64,000 nucleotides of DNA from a virus. Below the pieces are notes generated by a model that ran no database searches, was not told where the DNA came from, and saw only the letters and a program-made list of their open reading frames with translations. The stretch's first letter is position 1; the number at the start of each line of letters is the position of its first letter. The stretch covers positions 32,001-96,000 of IMG/VR virus record IMGVR_UViG_3300023184_008416. One strand, given 5' to 3'. Both the position numbers and the translations under genes were made by a program. Below, piece by piece: positions 8,015-18,615 of this stretch.

Positions 8015-9391
8015 ATGAAAAAAACATATGTTTTAGACACAAATGTGTTATTAAGTGATCCCGATAGCATTCAAAGTTTCGAGGACAATGATTTATTGTT
8101 ACCAATTCTCATTTTAGAAGAACTTGATAAACATAAAACAAGATCTGATGATGTTGGTAGAAATGCTCGTCAGGTTAGCAGAAATCTTGACGCCATGCGA
8201 AATCATGGAAATTTTCATGACGGCGTGATGACCCGAGGCGGAGGGATTTTAAGAATAGTTCCGTCCTCTGGGGATCCTCTTGCATTACTTCCAAAAGAAT
8301 TGCAAAAGGGTTCTTCTTTGGATAACATGATCATTGGTTTCATGTTAGAACATCGTGATCAAGACGTCGTTCTCGTATCAAAGGACATCAACATCAGAGT
8401 TAAGTGTGATTCACTCGGATTGAAATGCCAAGATTATCTTAACATGAGAGTATCCTCAGACGTTGAGGATCTGTATCGTGGTGTTAAAGTAATACACGTT
8501 ACCGAGGAAATTGTTGATACTTTTTATAAGGAAGGAAGCTTACCCCTCCAAGGTCTTACACAAGAAAACATATTCCCAAATCAAGTCGTTATCCTTAAGA
8601 CAATTGATGCTGAAGGAAACACTGTTAAATCTGCAATGAGTCGTTGTCACACAGGTGGCGTGTTAAAATCACTTCCCAAATTGGAGAGCGTATTTGGACT
8701 GCGACCAAGAAACAAGGAACAGACATTTTCACTCGATTTATTGTTAGATGAAAATGTCAAATTGCTTTCTCTGACCGGCAAGGCAGGTTGTGGCAAAACA
8801 TTACTTGCCATCGCTGCGGGATTAGAACAGTTAAATTCAATGGGATCTTTACCCAGATACCAAAAGTTAATTGTATCCAGACCAGTGCAACCTGTGGGCA
8901 AAGATATTGGTTATCTTCCGGGAACGTTGGAGGAGAAAATGGAGCCGTGGATCGCGCCCATCCGTGACAATCTAGATTTTTTGTTGGGCGCTAATGAAAA
9001 GAAACCCCAGGGCAATAGAAAGAAAAAATCTGATGAATTCTCGGTATCTTCCAATCCATATCTTGAATTGATGCAGCAGAAAGGTCTCATAGAAATAGAA
9101 GCTATCTCTTTCATCAGGGGTAGGTCTATTCCAAACGCTTTCATAATCATTGATGAAGCTCAAAATTTGACAATACACGAACTCAAGACAATTGTCACTC
9201 GGGTAGGTGAAGGAACGAAGATAGTCCTTACAGGTGACATAGAACAGATAGATAACGTGGACGTTGACATCTATACCAATGGTCTAACATATGCTATCGA
9301 GAAATTTAAAGAATATGACATATCAGGTCACGTGACCCTCTTGAAGGGTGAACGAAGTATTTTGGCTACTTTGGCTTCAAAGATATTGTAA
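8015..9391 (+). CDS. phoH: PIN-PhoH family ATPase
   Basis: PIN YVLDTNVLL; Walker A GKAGCGKT; IGYLPG; FIRGRS; IIIDEAQN; LTGDIEQID. Start moved to ATG 8015. Confidence 0.92.
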   Translation: MKKTYVLDTNVLLSDPDSIQSFEDNDLLLPILILEELDKHKTRSDDVGRNARQVSRNLDAMRNHGNFHDGVMTRGGGILRIVPSSGDPLALLPKELQKGSSLDNMIIGFMLEHRDQDVVLVSKDINIRVKCDSLGLKCQDYLNMRVSSDVEDLYRGVKVIHVTEEIVDTFYKEGSLPLQGLTQENIFPNQVVILKTIDAEGNTVKSAMSRCHTGGVLKSLPKLESVFGLRPRNKEQTFSLDLLLDENVKLLSLTGKAGCGKTLLAIAAGLEQLNSMGSLPRYQKLIVSRPVQPVGKDIGYLPGTLEEKMEPWIAPIRDNLDFLLGANEKKPQGNRKKKSDEFSVSSNPYLELMQQKGLIEIEAISFIRGRSIPNAFIIIDEAQNLTIHELKTIVTRVGEGTKIVLTGDIEQIDNVDVDIYTNGLTYAIEKFKEYDISGHVTLLKGERSILATLASKIL

Positions 9392-9430
9392 TATTTTTGA
9401 TGTTCTAATATTTGTTATCGTGGTATTTGA

Positions 9431-10612
9431 ATGGGAATTTTAGAAAATAAACACAGAATAATTGATTCTACCATCACTCAAGAAGGCCGTCGTCAACTGG
9501 CTTCTGGAATGATGAAGATAGAATACTATTCATTTACCGACAGAGATGTCTTTTATCAAAGTTCTTCTCTTAAATCTGTTGTGACAAACTTACCGGTCGC
9601 GGACGACGCTGCTTCTCGTTTATATTTTGAATCACCCTATTCTCTTCCTGAAGATCAAATAACTCCAGAAGCAGATGATTCAGGTAGATTAAGAATTTTA
9701 GCCGGTGTGGGACAAAAAATTAAAGTTGTTGGCGGAAAGTTATTAGCTTTTGATGTAGACACTGTCACGCAAACTTCAGGAAGCAATGTTCCGTATCTTT
9801 TAATTTCAGGCAGTGCTTTTGCTTCTCAAATTGAAGGATTATTAACTTCTTCATTTGATAACTTTAAGCAACTTAATTTGATAAAATCTCAAGATAGATT
9901 TTTTGATTTTAATACTTCTGATACTGAGTTTGACTTATCAACAAATACACTAAATTTTAGTTCTTCAATAACAAACCGAGTATTTGGTGGTGGTCCAGAG
10001 TACTTTAATTTAAAAGTTGAAGATTATGCAGATTTTTTATCAGATATTAAATTTTCAAATTCAAAAAATTTTGAATTTTTACCACCCATAAAAAAATTAC
10101 CCGTTGGTACGCAAGTTAGTAATTTTACTGAAACACAACTAAATTCTAGTTATTCTTTAGGACCTTATATTAAGGTTCGGCAAGATTTAGTGCCTCCTCC
10201 GGGTAGTCCTAATCCTTTACCTACAAATACTTTAGATTTTAATACTTTAGATAAAACATTTTTACTTTCAGATCAAACAATTTTTTTATTAGGCAAAATT
10301 TCTCAAATAGTTGATACTGATAAAATAATAACTTGGGGCAATTACAGAGGTTTTAATAATTCAATTAGAAAAGGATTTTTAAAAAACGTTGACTTGTTAA
10401 CGTCTGCAATTTCTACTAAAATAGCTTCTCAAATTTTTGAAGTTGATGTAAAGAATAATACTGTAAAAAAACTGGACATTTTAGACATGGGAACTTTTAA
10501 CACTGGAGATAAAGACAGGTCAACTGCCCAGGTTTTTATGGCTGGTAAAGTTTTTGTTGATTCAAAAGGTAGGGATAAATTTTTTCATATTTTTACTCTG
10601 GTGTTTGACTGA
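9431..10612 (+). CDS. Putative virion/baseplate protein, paralog of 17905-18603
   Basis: N-terminus IIDSTITQEGRRQLA..YYSFTDRDVFY matches the 17905 N-terminus; first gene of the AT-rich block. Confidence 0.55.
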   Translation: MGILENKHRIIDSTITQEGRRQLASGMMKIEYYSFTDRDVFYQSSSLKSVVTNLPVADDAASRLYFESPYSLPEDQITPEADDSGRLRILAGVGQKIKVVGGKLLAFDVDTVTQTSGSNVPYLLISGSAFASQIEGLLTSSFDNFKQLNLIKSQDRFFDFNTSDTEFDLSTNTLNFSSSITNRVFGGGPEYFNLKVEDYADFLSDIKFSNSKNFEFLPPIKKLPVGTQVSNFTETQLNSSYSLGPYIKVRQDLVPPPGSPNPLPTNTLDFNTLDKTFLLSDQTIFLLGKISQIVDTDKIITWGNYRGFNNSIRKGFLKNVDLLTSAISTKIASQIFEVDVKNNTVKKLDILDMGTFNTGDKDRSTAQVFMAGKVFVDSKGRDKFFHIFTLVFD

Positions 10613-12930
10613 TGCCACTTTTAACTAAAGATTTAAAAACTGTTGTTAATGCAATCAAATTACCAGAAGATTGCATTTCAATTATTTCTATCAACCAAAA
10701 TGGAAATTATGATATTAAAATTTCTGTCTTGATGGATCTTGAAAAAATAATTTCAAATAAGACTTTTAAAGTTAATTTTAAAGTGTCTCAATCAAAAGAA
10801 TCTTTATTTTCAAGTGAATTAAAAAAAGTATATGACAGTGAAGACATCATTCGAATACAACAATTAAAAATAGACTTTATCAATGGTGTTTATAAGGAAA
10901 ATTATATTTTACAGCAAGAACTAGATTTAACTACTACAATTAATAATTTAAACGTTAATGGATCACTAAAAGAAATAACACCAAATTTAGGGTATAAGAA
11001 ATTTTCAAATTTTAGTGTAAATTCTAAAATAAACTTTCAAAGTGATGCAGAACAGTTTAAAAATGAATATCTACAAACTGAAAATTTGGCTAGCGTTTTA
11101 AAAAGTCAAAACAAAGATCCACTTTCAAAATTAACAAATATTCCATTTATTAGTTTGTTAGAGTCAACAAAAAGTATCGATGGAAATATCAGTGATGTAC
11201 CATCACTATCTGTTCAAGAATTACATTACATCAATGCGTATAAACAAACCTTTAGTAATTTAGACCTTGTTGCTGACGATTTGATACCAACAATTAATTC
11301 TAACTTAAGTTCTGTTTCTAAATTTGAAAAAATAATTTCTGTAAACCCCAATGGATTTGACACCAACAAGTTACAAATCTCTGCAGATTTAATTGATATT
11401 AATGGTCAAACTGTTCAAACAGAAGAAATTACTATTAATTTCCAAAAAATATTACAATTATTCAAATCAATTAATGACGCTCCTCTTATAAAAATTTCAA
11501 AAGCATCATTTCCTCCTAATTTTTTAGCAGTCGAAGTAAGGAGTAAATCAAACAGTTTAGATAAATGTGATCTTTACCTTAGAAATGAAGATCAGGGAAA
11601 TTATCAAAATCAAAAAATCACCCTAAATAATGGATCATTTTATTTTAAATTACCAATGATAAAGAGTAATTTGAATATAAAAACAAATTATTCTTCAATA
11701 GAGGGCAAATCAAATCAAGGATTTAAATTTAGTTCATCAACATTTTCCAATCCAAGACAAAAAACGCTAGTTGGATTTGTGACTGCAACACAAGCAAAAA
11801 AGGATATTTTTGTTTCTGCAAGAAACCTGCACCCGCTTACAACGGGCGTAACATTCTATGTTATAGATAAGACATTAAAATCAAATCCTAGAAAAATTAA
11901 TGCATCTACTGTTACAAATGGGGTAGTTACACAAACAGCTATACACGTAAATCCATTTCCACGACATGTGTATGAATACTATTGTGTTTCTCAATTGTCA
12001 GACGGCACTCATGTTAAGAGCAAATCTGACATTATAGAGTGTTTTTCTTTTTATGATTGTGGAATTGAATTGGGATACAATAATCTGTCAATAACAACTA
12101 ATGATGTTTCTTTTAGTGTGAATTTAAAAAATATTGACACAGTTACCGATAAAATATTTAATTTTGTAAGGTTAAGAGGTCTTGAATCATATTTTACTGG
12201 TGATTTTTCAAATCAAATTTCATCAATTAAGAAGTTACTATCATACCACGTTCACAGAGTCAATGTTTCCAAAGGAAACAGAGATTATTTAGGATTTTTT
12301 GTTGACGGCGAATCATTCTCAGACTCAAGTGCCGTTAGTCTTCAAGGTGCAACCCAAAGATTACAAACAGAAAATTACATTTATCAAATTTTTGTAACTT
12401 TGACAGATTCATCAACTCTCTTTGACAATCAAACAAATCAAGTTTTTTCTGATGATAAAATGCAAAGCTATTCTTTTAATTCACAAAAATTTAAAAATTC
12501 ATTCACAAGACTTAATTCAACATTAATAACACCCAGAGGTATAAAGAAAAAAATACCTGGAACTTTATTTTCTCATGATGTCATAGCTTCAATTAACATC
12601 ATTGTTCCATCGGCAAACAATCTCTCAAGTAATCTTGGGCAAATTAAAATTGACAGAGTTTACAATGATGGAAAAACACTCTTGTCTCTTAAGTGGTCTT
12701 CTTTCAATTCACCTAATATTGATTATTTCTTGTTAAGTAAAGTAGTCTCAGGAAGATTTAATTTTATAGGAAGATGTATAAATCTTTCACGGGGGTCAGA
12801 GTACGTTGATGTTGTTGATCAATATGGAAATATTCACTATTTCATAACCCCTGTTTATTATAATGGAACTTTTGGAACCCCTCTTTCAACTTCAATAGTA
12901 GTTAATCCTCCGATGGAACAGGTGATATAA
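10612..12930 (+). CDS. Large putative virion protein with FN3/Ig-like C-terminal region
   Basis: 772 aa, beta-rich; LSLKWS..YFLLSKV..YVDV..YFITPV pattern; coupled to both neighbours. Confidence 0.5.
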   Translation: MPLLTKDLKTVVNAIKLPEDCISIISINQNGNYDIKISVLMDLEKIISNKTFKVNFKVSQSKESLFSSELKKVYDSEDIIRIQQLKIDFINGVYKENYILQQELDLTTTINNLNVNGSLKEITPNLGYKKFSNFSVNSKINFQSDAEQFKNEYLQTENLASVLKSQNKDPLSKLTNIPFISLLESTKSIDGNISDVPSLSVQELHYINAYKQTFSNLDLVADDLIPTINSNLSSVSKFEKIISVNPNGFDTNKLQISADLIDINGQTVQTEEITINFQKILQLFKSINDAPLIKISKASFPPNFLAVEVRSKSNSLDKCDLYLRNEDQGNYQNQKITLNNGSFYFKLPMIKSNLNIKTNYSSIEGKSNQGFKFSSSTFSNPRQKTLVGFVTATQAKKDIFVSARNLHPLTTGVTFYVIDKTLKSNPRKINASTVTNGVVTQTAIHVNPFPRHVYEYYCVSQLSDGTHVKSKSDIIECFSFYDCGIELGYNNLSITTNDVSFSVNLKNIDTVTDKIFNFVRLRGLESYFTGDFSNQISSIKKLLSYHVHRVNVSKGNRDYLGFFVDGESFSDSSAVSLQGATQRLQTENYIYQIFVTLTDSSTLFDNQTNQVFSDDKMQSYSFNSQKFKNSFTRLNSTLITPRGIKKKIPGTLFSHDVIASINIIVPSANNLSSNLGQIKIDRVYNDGKTLLSLKWSSFNSPNIDYFLLSKVVSGRFNFIGRCINLSRGSEYVDVVDQYGNIHYFITPVYYNGTFGTPLSTSIVVNPPMEQVI

Positions 12931-15900
12931 TGCCCGACCTCTCAGACTTATCTCCCGTAATTTTAGCAATTTCTGAATACAGAAATCTTTCAGATAATAA
13001 GGGTTATGATGTAACCGAATCCTCCTTTGGACTGGATGACAAGAGCATTTATCCATCTATTAATTCTTTAGGCGAATATTTTGATCTTCAAATTCAATCA
13101 AAATACATTGATTCATTGTTATACGATAAAATTTTTGACAACTTATCAGGCAGTTTACAACAACTTAGTGATTCAAATAAAAAATTAATCTCCCCCACTC
13201 TAACCAATTTAATTGATACGATAGATTCAATTAAAAATTATACTGTTATTGCCAAGTCTAGCCTTGACCTGACTCTTAATTCTCAAAATGATATTGCAAT
13301 TAGAGAAATAATTGATCCACAACACAGTTTTATTGATAAACCCAACATCACATCAACCAAAATATGGTTGCAGGCTATTTCAAATATACGTGCAAATTTT
13401 TATGGATTTATTCCAGATTATGCGAAATTAAGTTCACAAGAATCAAAGATTCTTGGATTAGGTTCTGCATATCAAGATCCTCTTAAATGGAATGATACTT
13501 ACACTTTTTTGCAAGGAAATCCCCAATACGCAGAATTCGGTCCTCTCGCACGTGTGATTATTTTACCTAATATTTTAGTACCATTTCAAGATATTCAATA
13601 TGATTCAAAAAAGAATATTGTTGAATTTAGCGGCAAAGAAAGAAAATCAAATGAATTTTTAAGTGCATATGGAAACAATTCATTATATCAAATTTTTAAT
13701 TTTTCATTTGTAGGAAATCGTGCTTCAGATGATTATAAAAAATTCTTATTGTATTTTTCTTGGATTTATTTGCTTTCAAAACTAACACCTGACACATCCT
13801 CCCTTGAAAATCTTAACAATAATTTAACTAATATTTTTGATGATTTTACTCTTCCCAATACACTTTTTAAGTTTGCTTACGACAAATCAAGCGATTTTAA
13901 AAAAGTCCTTACCCTTGAAAATGATTACATACAATACGTGCCAGAAAATAATAAGATTTTAAAACCAGGCACGGCAGAATTTTTTGATGATGCTTTTATA
14001 AATCCAGACAAATTTAAAAAATTACAAACAAAAGTGAGTGAAACCACGGGTTTGCTTCAATTTTTAAAATCAACAATTTCTGACACGGAAAATCTACCAC
14101 TTTTAATGGTAAACACTGACAAAAGAATTGCTGAGATTGTTGGTGATCCATTACAAGGGCGGGTGCCAATTTCTCTTAAAAAAGATAGAATTGGGGTAGG
14201 ATTGTATCTTACTAAACAGGCAGACGTTGTAGGTAAAAATGCCGAATATACTGTTGATCCAATTAGCGAAACTAAACAAATTCAATATGAGTTACAAGCG
14301 TTAGACTTGTTTTCATTTTGTTACAATCAAGTAGTAGTACCAACGGGTAATTTTTTTACGGATGGAGAAAATCCACCAAATTTTCTATTAATTTTAGGAT
14401 TATTTGATTTTATTTCTAAATATGTAAAAAATGGCGATCCATCACCTTCAGAAGCACTGCAATATTTGTTATTTGTACAGTCACAATTTAATAGCGGGAT
14501 TCTAACAATTCAGGGTGGATCTAATGTACCTGTAACTAACCTTTTCGACAATTTGTTAACAACAAGTGATGATTTTAAAGGTGCGTGGTCTACTGCCGCC
14601 GCTGGATCAGAATATAACACTGGAGAACAGAATTCTCAGGCTCAGGCATCAGGTTGGACGGGTCAAGATGCGTTGTTAAAAGCATGCGACAATATTTTTA
14701 AAAGTAACTTATTGAAGTCATTTAAAGATCTTTATACTGAAGCAAATACCATGTTAGATACTGTCTGTATAGATAATAGAACAAAAGTTGGAAGTATACC
14801 AAAAGATTTTATTTTATTTAAATTATTTTTACAGCAGTTGCAATATGTTTTTACTACCGTATCTGGTAAATTTAGGTTCCCCAATCAGAATGAAATAGAT
14901 AAATCTGAATCTGATGCAAATCCACATTTGGGATTTAATGGTGAATTTATTACTAATTCAAATAAAAAATTTATTGAGGATCTGGTCATCAATAAATTAC
15001 AAGCATTTATTGATAAGTTTTCAGAGATAGAGACGGCAATAAATAATTTTGACCAGTATGTTATTAGCCCCGCCACGGGCGGTTTACAAAAAGTAAAAGA
15101 CTATGTTCAACCATTAGGAATTAGTCAAGATACCGCAGCAATGAATGCATTATTTTCAAATGGACAGTTGAGTCTGCTTAGGTCTAGGTTGGAATCAATG
15201 TATGATTACACAGTTGTTTACCCAGATTCAAAGGTACAAATCTTAGACAATTCGATGATAAGATCAACCCAGTCAAAGGCCGCAATCTTTAACATGGATA
15301 CTCACAATTTTGGTAAAGAAGAATTTTTTGACAAGTTTGACATTTTAACCGTGGGTTTACCCAGATTTTTTCATGATTTATTTAGATCTAGATTTAAAAT
15401 CTCAAAATCAAAACAATCATTTCCTATTGGTTTTCAACAATTTAATCAAAAAAAATCAAAACAAGTTGACGTTTTTAAGATAGTAGTTCTTAGAACTGAT
15501 GAATTATATCCAGACATAAAATTTAAACCCATTGAATTTATATTTGATTTTAGCATACTTCCTAATAATCTTCATTACGGTCCTAAAATTAGTGATGTTG
15601 GTTTGTCAGATCCTGAAAATCCAACTTTAATAACTGATCCGAATAGCCCAAAATCAGCTTTAAGTTTTTCTCTTTATAAAAATGTATTAGGTACACAAAA
15701 AGAAGAAGTTTTAAATAATCTTGCAAAGGTTCTTTATAATCATCAAACAAGTCATTTATTGGGTTTATATTTGACAAATTTAACTGGGATTGAAATGAAT
15801 GAACATTCACTTTACACAATTGATGACATTAAGAATGATAAAATTTTAAGAACCAACGCAATTATTACTAGTGTGATTCAACAAAATCAAAAAAGTTTAA

Positions 15901-16178
15901 AATCAAATTTATTGAAAGCTTCAAACAGTTTAATTCGTGGAATTACATCTTTGTCAGATCCAACAGTGATAAATGATTATGCATTAAGACCCAGAGCATT
16001 TGATCGGGTTTATAACATACCCGTTCCTAAAAGGTTTGAATTAGAATCTTTACCACAAAATCCCAAATACTCAGGATTAATTGATTCCATACAATCTTCA
16101 AATTATCTAAGTAGGAGTGCACCGTCAGTCGCACAATATCAAGTTTATGTTCAATCAATCAATGATTATAATAAGTAA
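12930..16178 (+). CDS. Large hypothetical protein (probably virion/baseplate)
   Basis: 1082-aa ORF with TAATG coupling; no motif recognised. Confidence 0.5.
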   Translation: MPDLSDLSPVILAISEYRNLSDNKGYDVTESSFGLDDKSIYPSINSLGEYFDLQIQSKYIDSLLYDKIFDNLSGSLQQLSDSNKKLISPTLTNLIDTIDSIKNYTVIAKSSLDLTLNSQNDIAIREIIDPQHSFIDKPNITSTKIWLQAISNIRANFYGFIPDYAKLSSQESKILGLGSAYQDPLKWNDTYTFLQGNPQYAEFGPLARVIILPNILVPFQDIQYDSKKNIVEFSGKERKSNEFLSAYGNNSLYQIFNFSFVGNRASDDYKKFLLYFSWIYLLSKLTPDTSSLENLNNNLTNIFDDFTLPNTLFKFAYDKSSDFKKVLTLENDYIQYVPENNKILKPGTAEFFDDAFINPDKFKKLQTKVSETTGLLQFLKSTISDTENLPLLMVNTDKRIAEIVGDPLQGRVPISLKKDRIGVGLYLTKQADVVGKNAEYTVDPISETKQIQYELQALDLFSFCYNQVVVPTGNFFTDGENPPNFLLILGLFDFISKYVKNGDPSPSEALQYLLFVQSQFNSGILTIQGGSNVPVTNLFDNLLTTSDDFKGAWSTAAAGSEYNTGEQNSQAQASGWTGQDALLKACDNIFKSNLLKSFKDLYTEANTMLDTVCIDNRTKVGSIPKDFILFKLFLQQLQYVFTTVSGKFRFPNQNEIDKSESDANPHLGFNGEFITNSNKKFIEDLVINKLQAFIDKFSEIETAINNFDQYVISPATGGLQKVKDYVQPLGISQDTAAMNALFSNGQLSLLRSRLESMYDYTVVYPDSKVQILDNSMIRSTQSKAAIFNMDTHNFGKEEFFDKFDILTVGLPRFFHDLFRSRFKISKSKQSFPIGFQQFNQKKSKQVDVFKIVVLRTDELYPDIKFKPIEFIFDFSILPNNLHYGPKISDVGLSDPENPTLITDPNSPKSALSFSLYKNVLGTQKEEVLNNLAKVLYNHQTSHLLGLYLTNLTGIEMNEHSLYTIDDIKNDKILRTNAIITSVIQQNQKSLKSNLLKASNSLIRGITSLSDPTVINDYALRPRAFDRVYNIPVPKRFELESLPQNPKYSGLIDSIQSSNYLSRSAPSVAQYQVYVQSINDYNK

Positions 16179-16183
16179 AAAAA

Positions 16184-17821
16184 ATGACTATACCTGATTC
16201 CATATTTTTTAATGATTCAACTCAAACGGGTAATTCAAATCCTGTTTACTCTTTATATATTTCACCGTCTACGACCATAAATGCTGAATTTAAATACTTT
16301 TTCTTTGTTAAAGATGAAAAAGTATCGCCTGCTGTTTACAATCAACAGAATAAATCTTATCCAAGATATATAAAAATTAATTTAAAAAGTAGTTGGAAAG
16401 GACCCGTAGTTAAGGGTATTGTCAATAAAAGTATTCCACCAGCCATAACAGAAAACTTAAATAATAATTTTGTTCCCATTGAGTTACAAAATTTTAATTT
16501 ATTGCCCAACATAAAGATTCAATTAAGTGGCTCATTTTTAGGTTTAGCAGGTGTAGTGAAGAGATCACCGTTACCCCCAATAACACCAAGAATTTTAAAT
16601 TCTATTAATAACTCTGTAATTAATTTTTTAACAGGTGTTAGTATCAATTTTAGCCCAAACAACAATATTAATTTGGGGAGTTTGTCTGACTTAGAAAAAC
16701 AATTTTTTTCAACAGCAATCAACTCATCATACGCAAAAAGCTTAGTTAATTCTGCCAATTTTGTTACTAATAATGCGTTTTTTTCTGGAACTTTAAAGCA
16801 ATATGAAAATGTTTCCCCCAAGGATAAATATAACATTCTTACTCCGTATGACATACCTAAAAAAATTCCATTGGGACAAGTCCCCAACATGGAAATAGCT
16901 TTTGCTGGATTTTATTTAGATAAATATTCTGTTGATGATTTAGACAATTTTACCTTTATAAAATCATTTCTCATTGAAAATGACTTCTTTGAAGACAAAG
17001 AAGTACTCTATGGAAAAAAGTATGCGTATCGAGCAAGAGAAATTTATTCAATGCCGTTGATTACGCCGGCGCCGGATTTTGGATTGAATTTTAGTCATTA
17101 TCTTGTTGCCGTCAATTCAACAAATTTTCAATTTGTAGAAAGTATTATAAATGTTTCCCCTCCACCTCCGGTCGATCTTGACTTTATTTTTGATTATGAA
17201 AATGAAGGTCTCGTATTAACCTGGAATTTTCCGACGTACTCGATTGAAGATATTAAGGGGTTCTTAATCTTTAAAAGATTCAATATTGACGAGCCGTATC
17301 AACTCATAAAAATGTATAGTTTTAATGATGATGTATTGCCCTTACCTTTACCAAATTATCTTTTAGATCCAGAGATTACAGAAATTTTAGACAATCCTAA
17401 GATTACTTTTTTTGATGCTGATTTTAATAAAAATGGTTCTCAAATTTATTCTATTGTTGCTTATACTTCTCATGGTTATTACTCAAATTTATCTCCCCAA
17501 ATTAACGTGACTTTTGATGTATCAAGAAATAAAATAAAGAAAAGTTTGATTTCAAATTTAGGTGCTCCCCTATCGTATCCAAATCTTTATTTTAAACAAG
17601 ATCTGTTCAAAGATTTGATGTTTGTTGAAGGTTATTCTAGGCTCAGGGTTTCTTTTGATCCGGCCTGTAGAAATGTTTCTTTTTCAAACAATTTGCCGTC
17701 ACAAAAATTATATGTTTCAACAAAAGATAATTCTGAAAACAAATATGTAATGACGATGTTAAATGTTGACAATCAATCTTTTCAAAAAATGTCAGTTAGT
17801 ATTTTTGACAATGAAACCTAA
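16184..17821 (+). CDS. Putative virion protein with FN3-like domains
   Basis: DKEVLYGKKYAYRAR, PPPPVDL..LVLTWNFP..IKGFLIFKR, YSIVAYTSHGYYS. Confidence 0.55.
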   Translation: MTIPDSIFFNDSTQTGNSNPVYSLYISPSTTINAEFKYFFFVKDEKVSPAVYNQQNKSYPRYIKINLKSSWKGPVVKGIVNKSIPPAITENLNNNFVPIELQNFNLLPNIKIQLSGSFLGLAGVVKRSPLPPITPRILNSINNSVINFLTGVSINFSPNNNINLGSLSDLEKQFFSTAINSSYAKSLVNSANFVTNNAFFSGTLKQYENVSPKDKYNILTPYDIPKKIPLGQVPNMEIAFAGFYLDKYSVDDLDNFTFIKSFLIENDFFEDKEVLYGKKYAYRAREIYSMPLITPAPDFGLNFSHYLVAVNSTNFQFVESIINVSPPPPVDLDFIFDYENEGLVLTWNFPTYSIEDIKGFLIFKRFNIDEPYQLIKMYSFNDDVLPLPLPNYLLDPEITEILDNPKITFFDADFNKNGSQIYSIVAYTSHGYYSNLSPQINVTFDVSRNKIKKSLISNLGAPLSYPNLYFKQDLFKDLMFVEGYSRLRVSFDPACRNVSFSNNLPSQKLYVSTKDNSENKYVMTMLNVDNQSFQKMSVSIFDNET

Positions 17822-17904
17822 ATTTAATCATTTAACCTAAGCAATATTGTTGATATTTTGAGGTTAAAATAATCGAAAAATTGTATTTAAGGTAACAGGA
17901 CAAT

Positions 17905-18603
17905 ATGGGATTTTTAGACAATACAACAAATAACATCATTTTAGATGCTGTTTTAACAGACACGGGAAGACAATTTTTGGCCAAAAATGATGGATCATTT
18001 TCTTTATATAAATTTGCACTCGGTGATGATGAGGTAAATTACAACATAATAAATAAATACGGAAGAACTGTTGGAATAGAAAAAATTCAAAAAAATATAC
18101 CGATTTTTGAAGCAATAACAAATCAAAATTATGCTCTAAAATACAAACTAGTGAGTGTTTCAAATCGATCCTTGACATATTTACCCACCCTCAGATTGTC
18201 TCAAACACAAACTATTCGTTTAAATCTTGCACAAACAGGAAATAGATCTCAGAATTTAATTGTCAATCAGGTTGCCGGTGGAAATGGTTCTGTTGTTGTT
18301 GAAAATGATCTACAAGATTCGTTTTATATTATTGAAGTGAATGATTTATTCATTGATCTACAAGGTGCAAGAAATAACTTACAATTTGTAGATGCTCAGC
18401 AAAAAGCAACTTATAAATTTTTGAGTACCGAATCAAACAGCGACAGAGGGACGGGAGTTAGATTCACGGTTGCTACTAAACCTATATCAACACAGTTGTT
18501 TTCTATTTACGGAAAAAATAATGTGATTACAACTTATGTTAAAGTTACTGGTGGCTTATCTGGGGCTGTTTTAGAATTTCCGGTTTATATATCACTTGCT
18601 TAA
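17905..18603 (+). CDS. Putative baseplate/fibre-attachment protein
   Basis: MGFLDN..ILDAVLTDTGRQFLA..FSLYKFALGDDEVNY resembles tail-collar fibre N-termini; AGGA RBS. Confidence 0.6.
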   Translation: MGFLDNTTNNIILDAVLTDTGRQFLAKNDGSFSLYKFALGDDEVNYNIINKYGRTVGIEKIQKNIPIFEAITNQNYALKYKLVSVSNRSLTYLPTLRLSQTQTIRLNLAQTGNRSQNLIVNQVAGGNGSVVVENDLQDSFYIIEVNDLFIDLQGARNNLQFVDAQQKATYKFLSTESNSDRGTGVRFTVATKPISTQLFSIYGKNNVITTYVKVTGGLSGAVLEFPVYISLA

Positions 18604-18615
18604 TAGGAAAATGAA

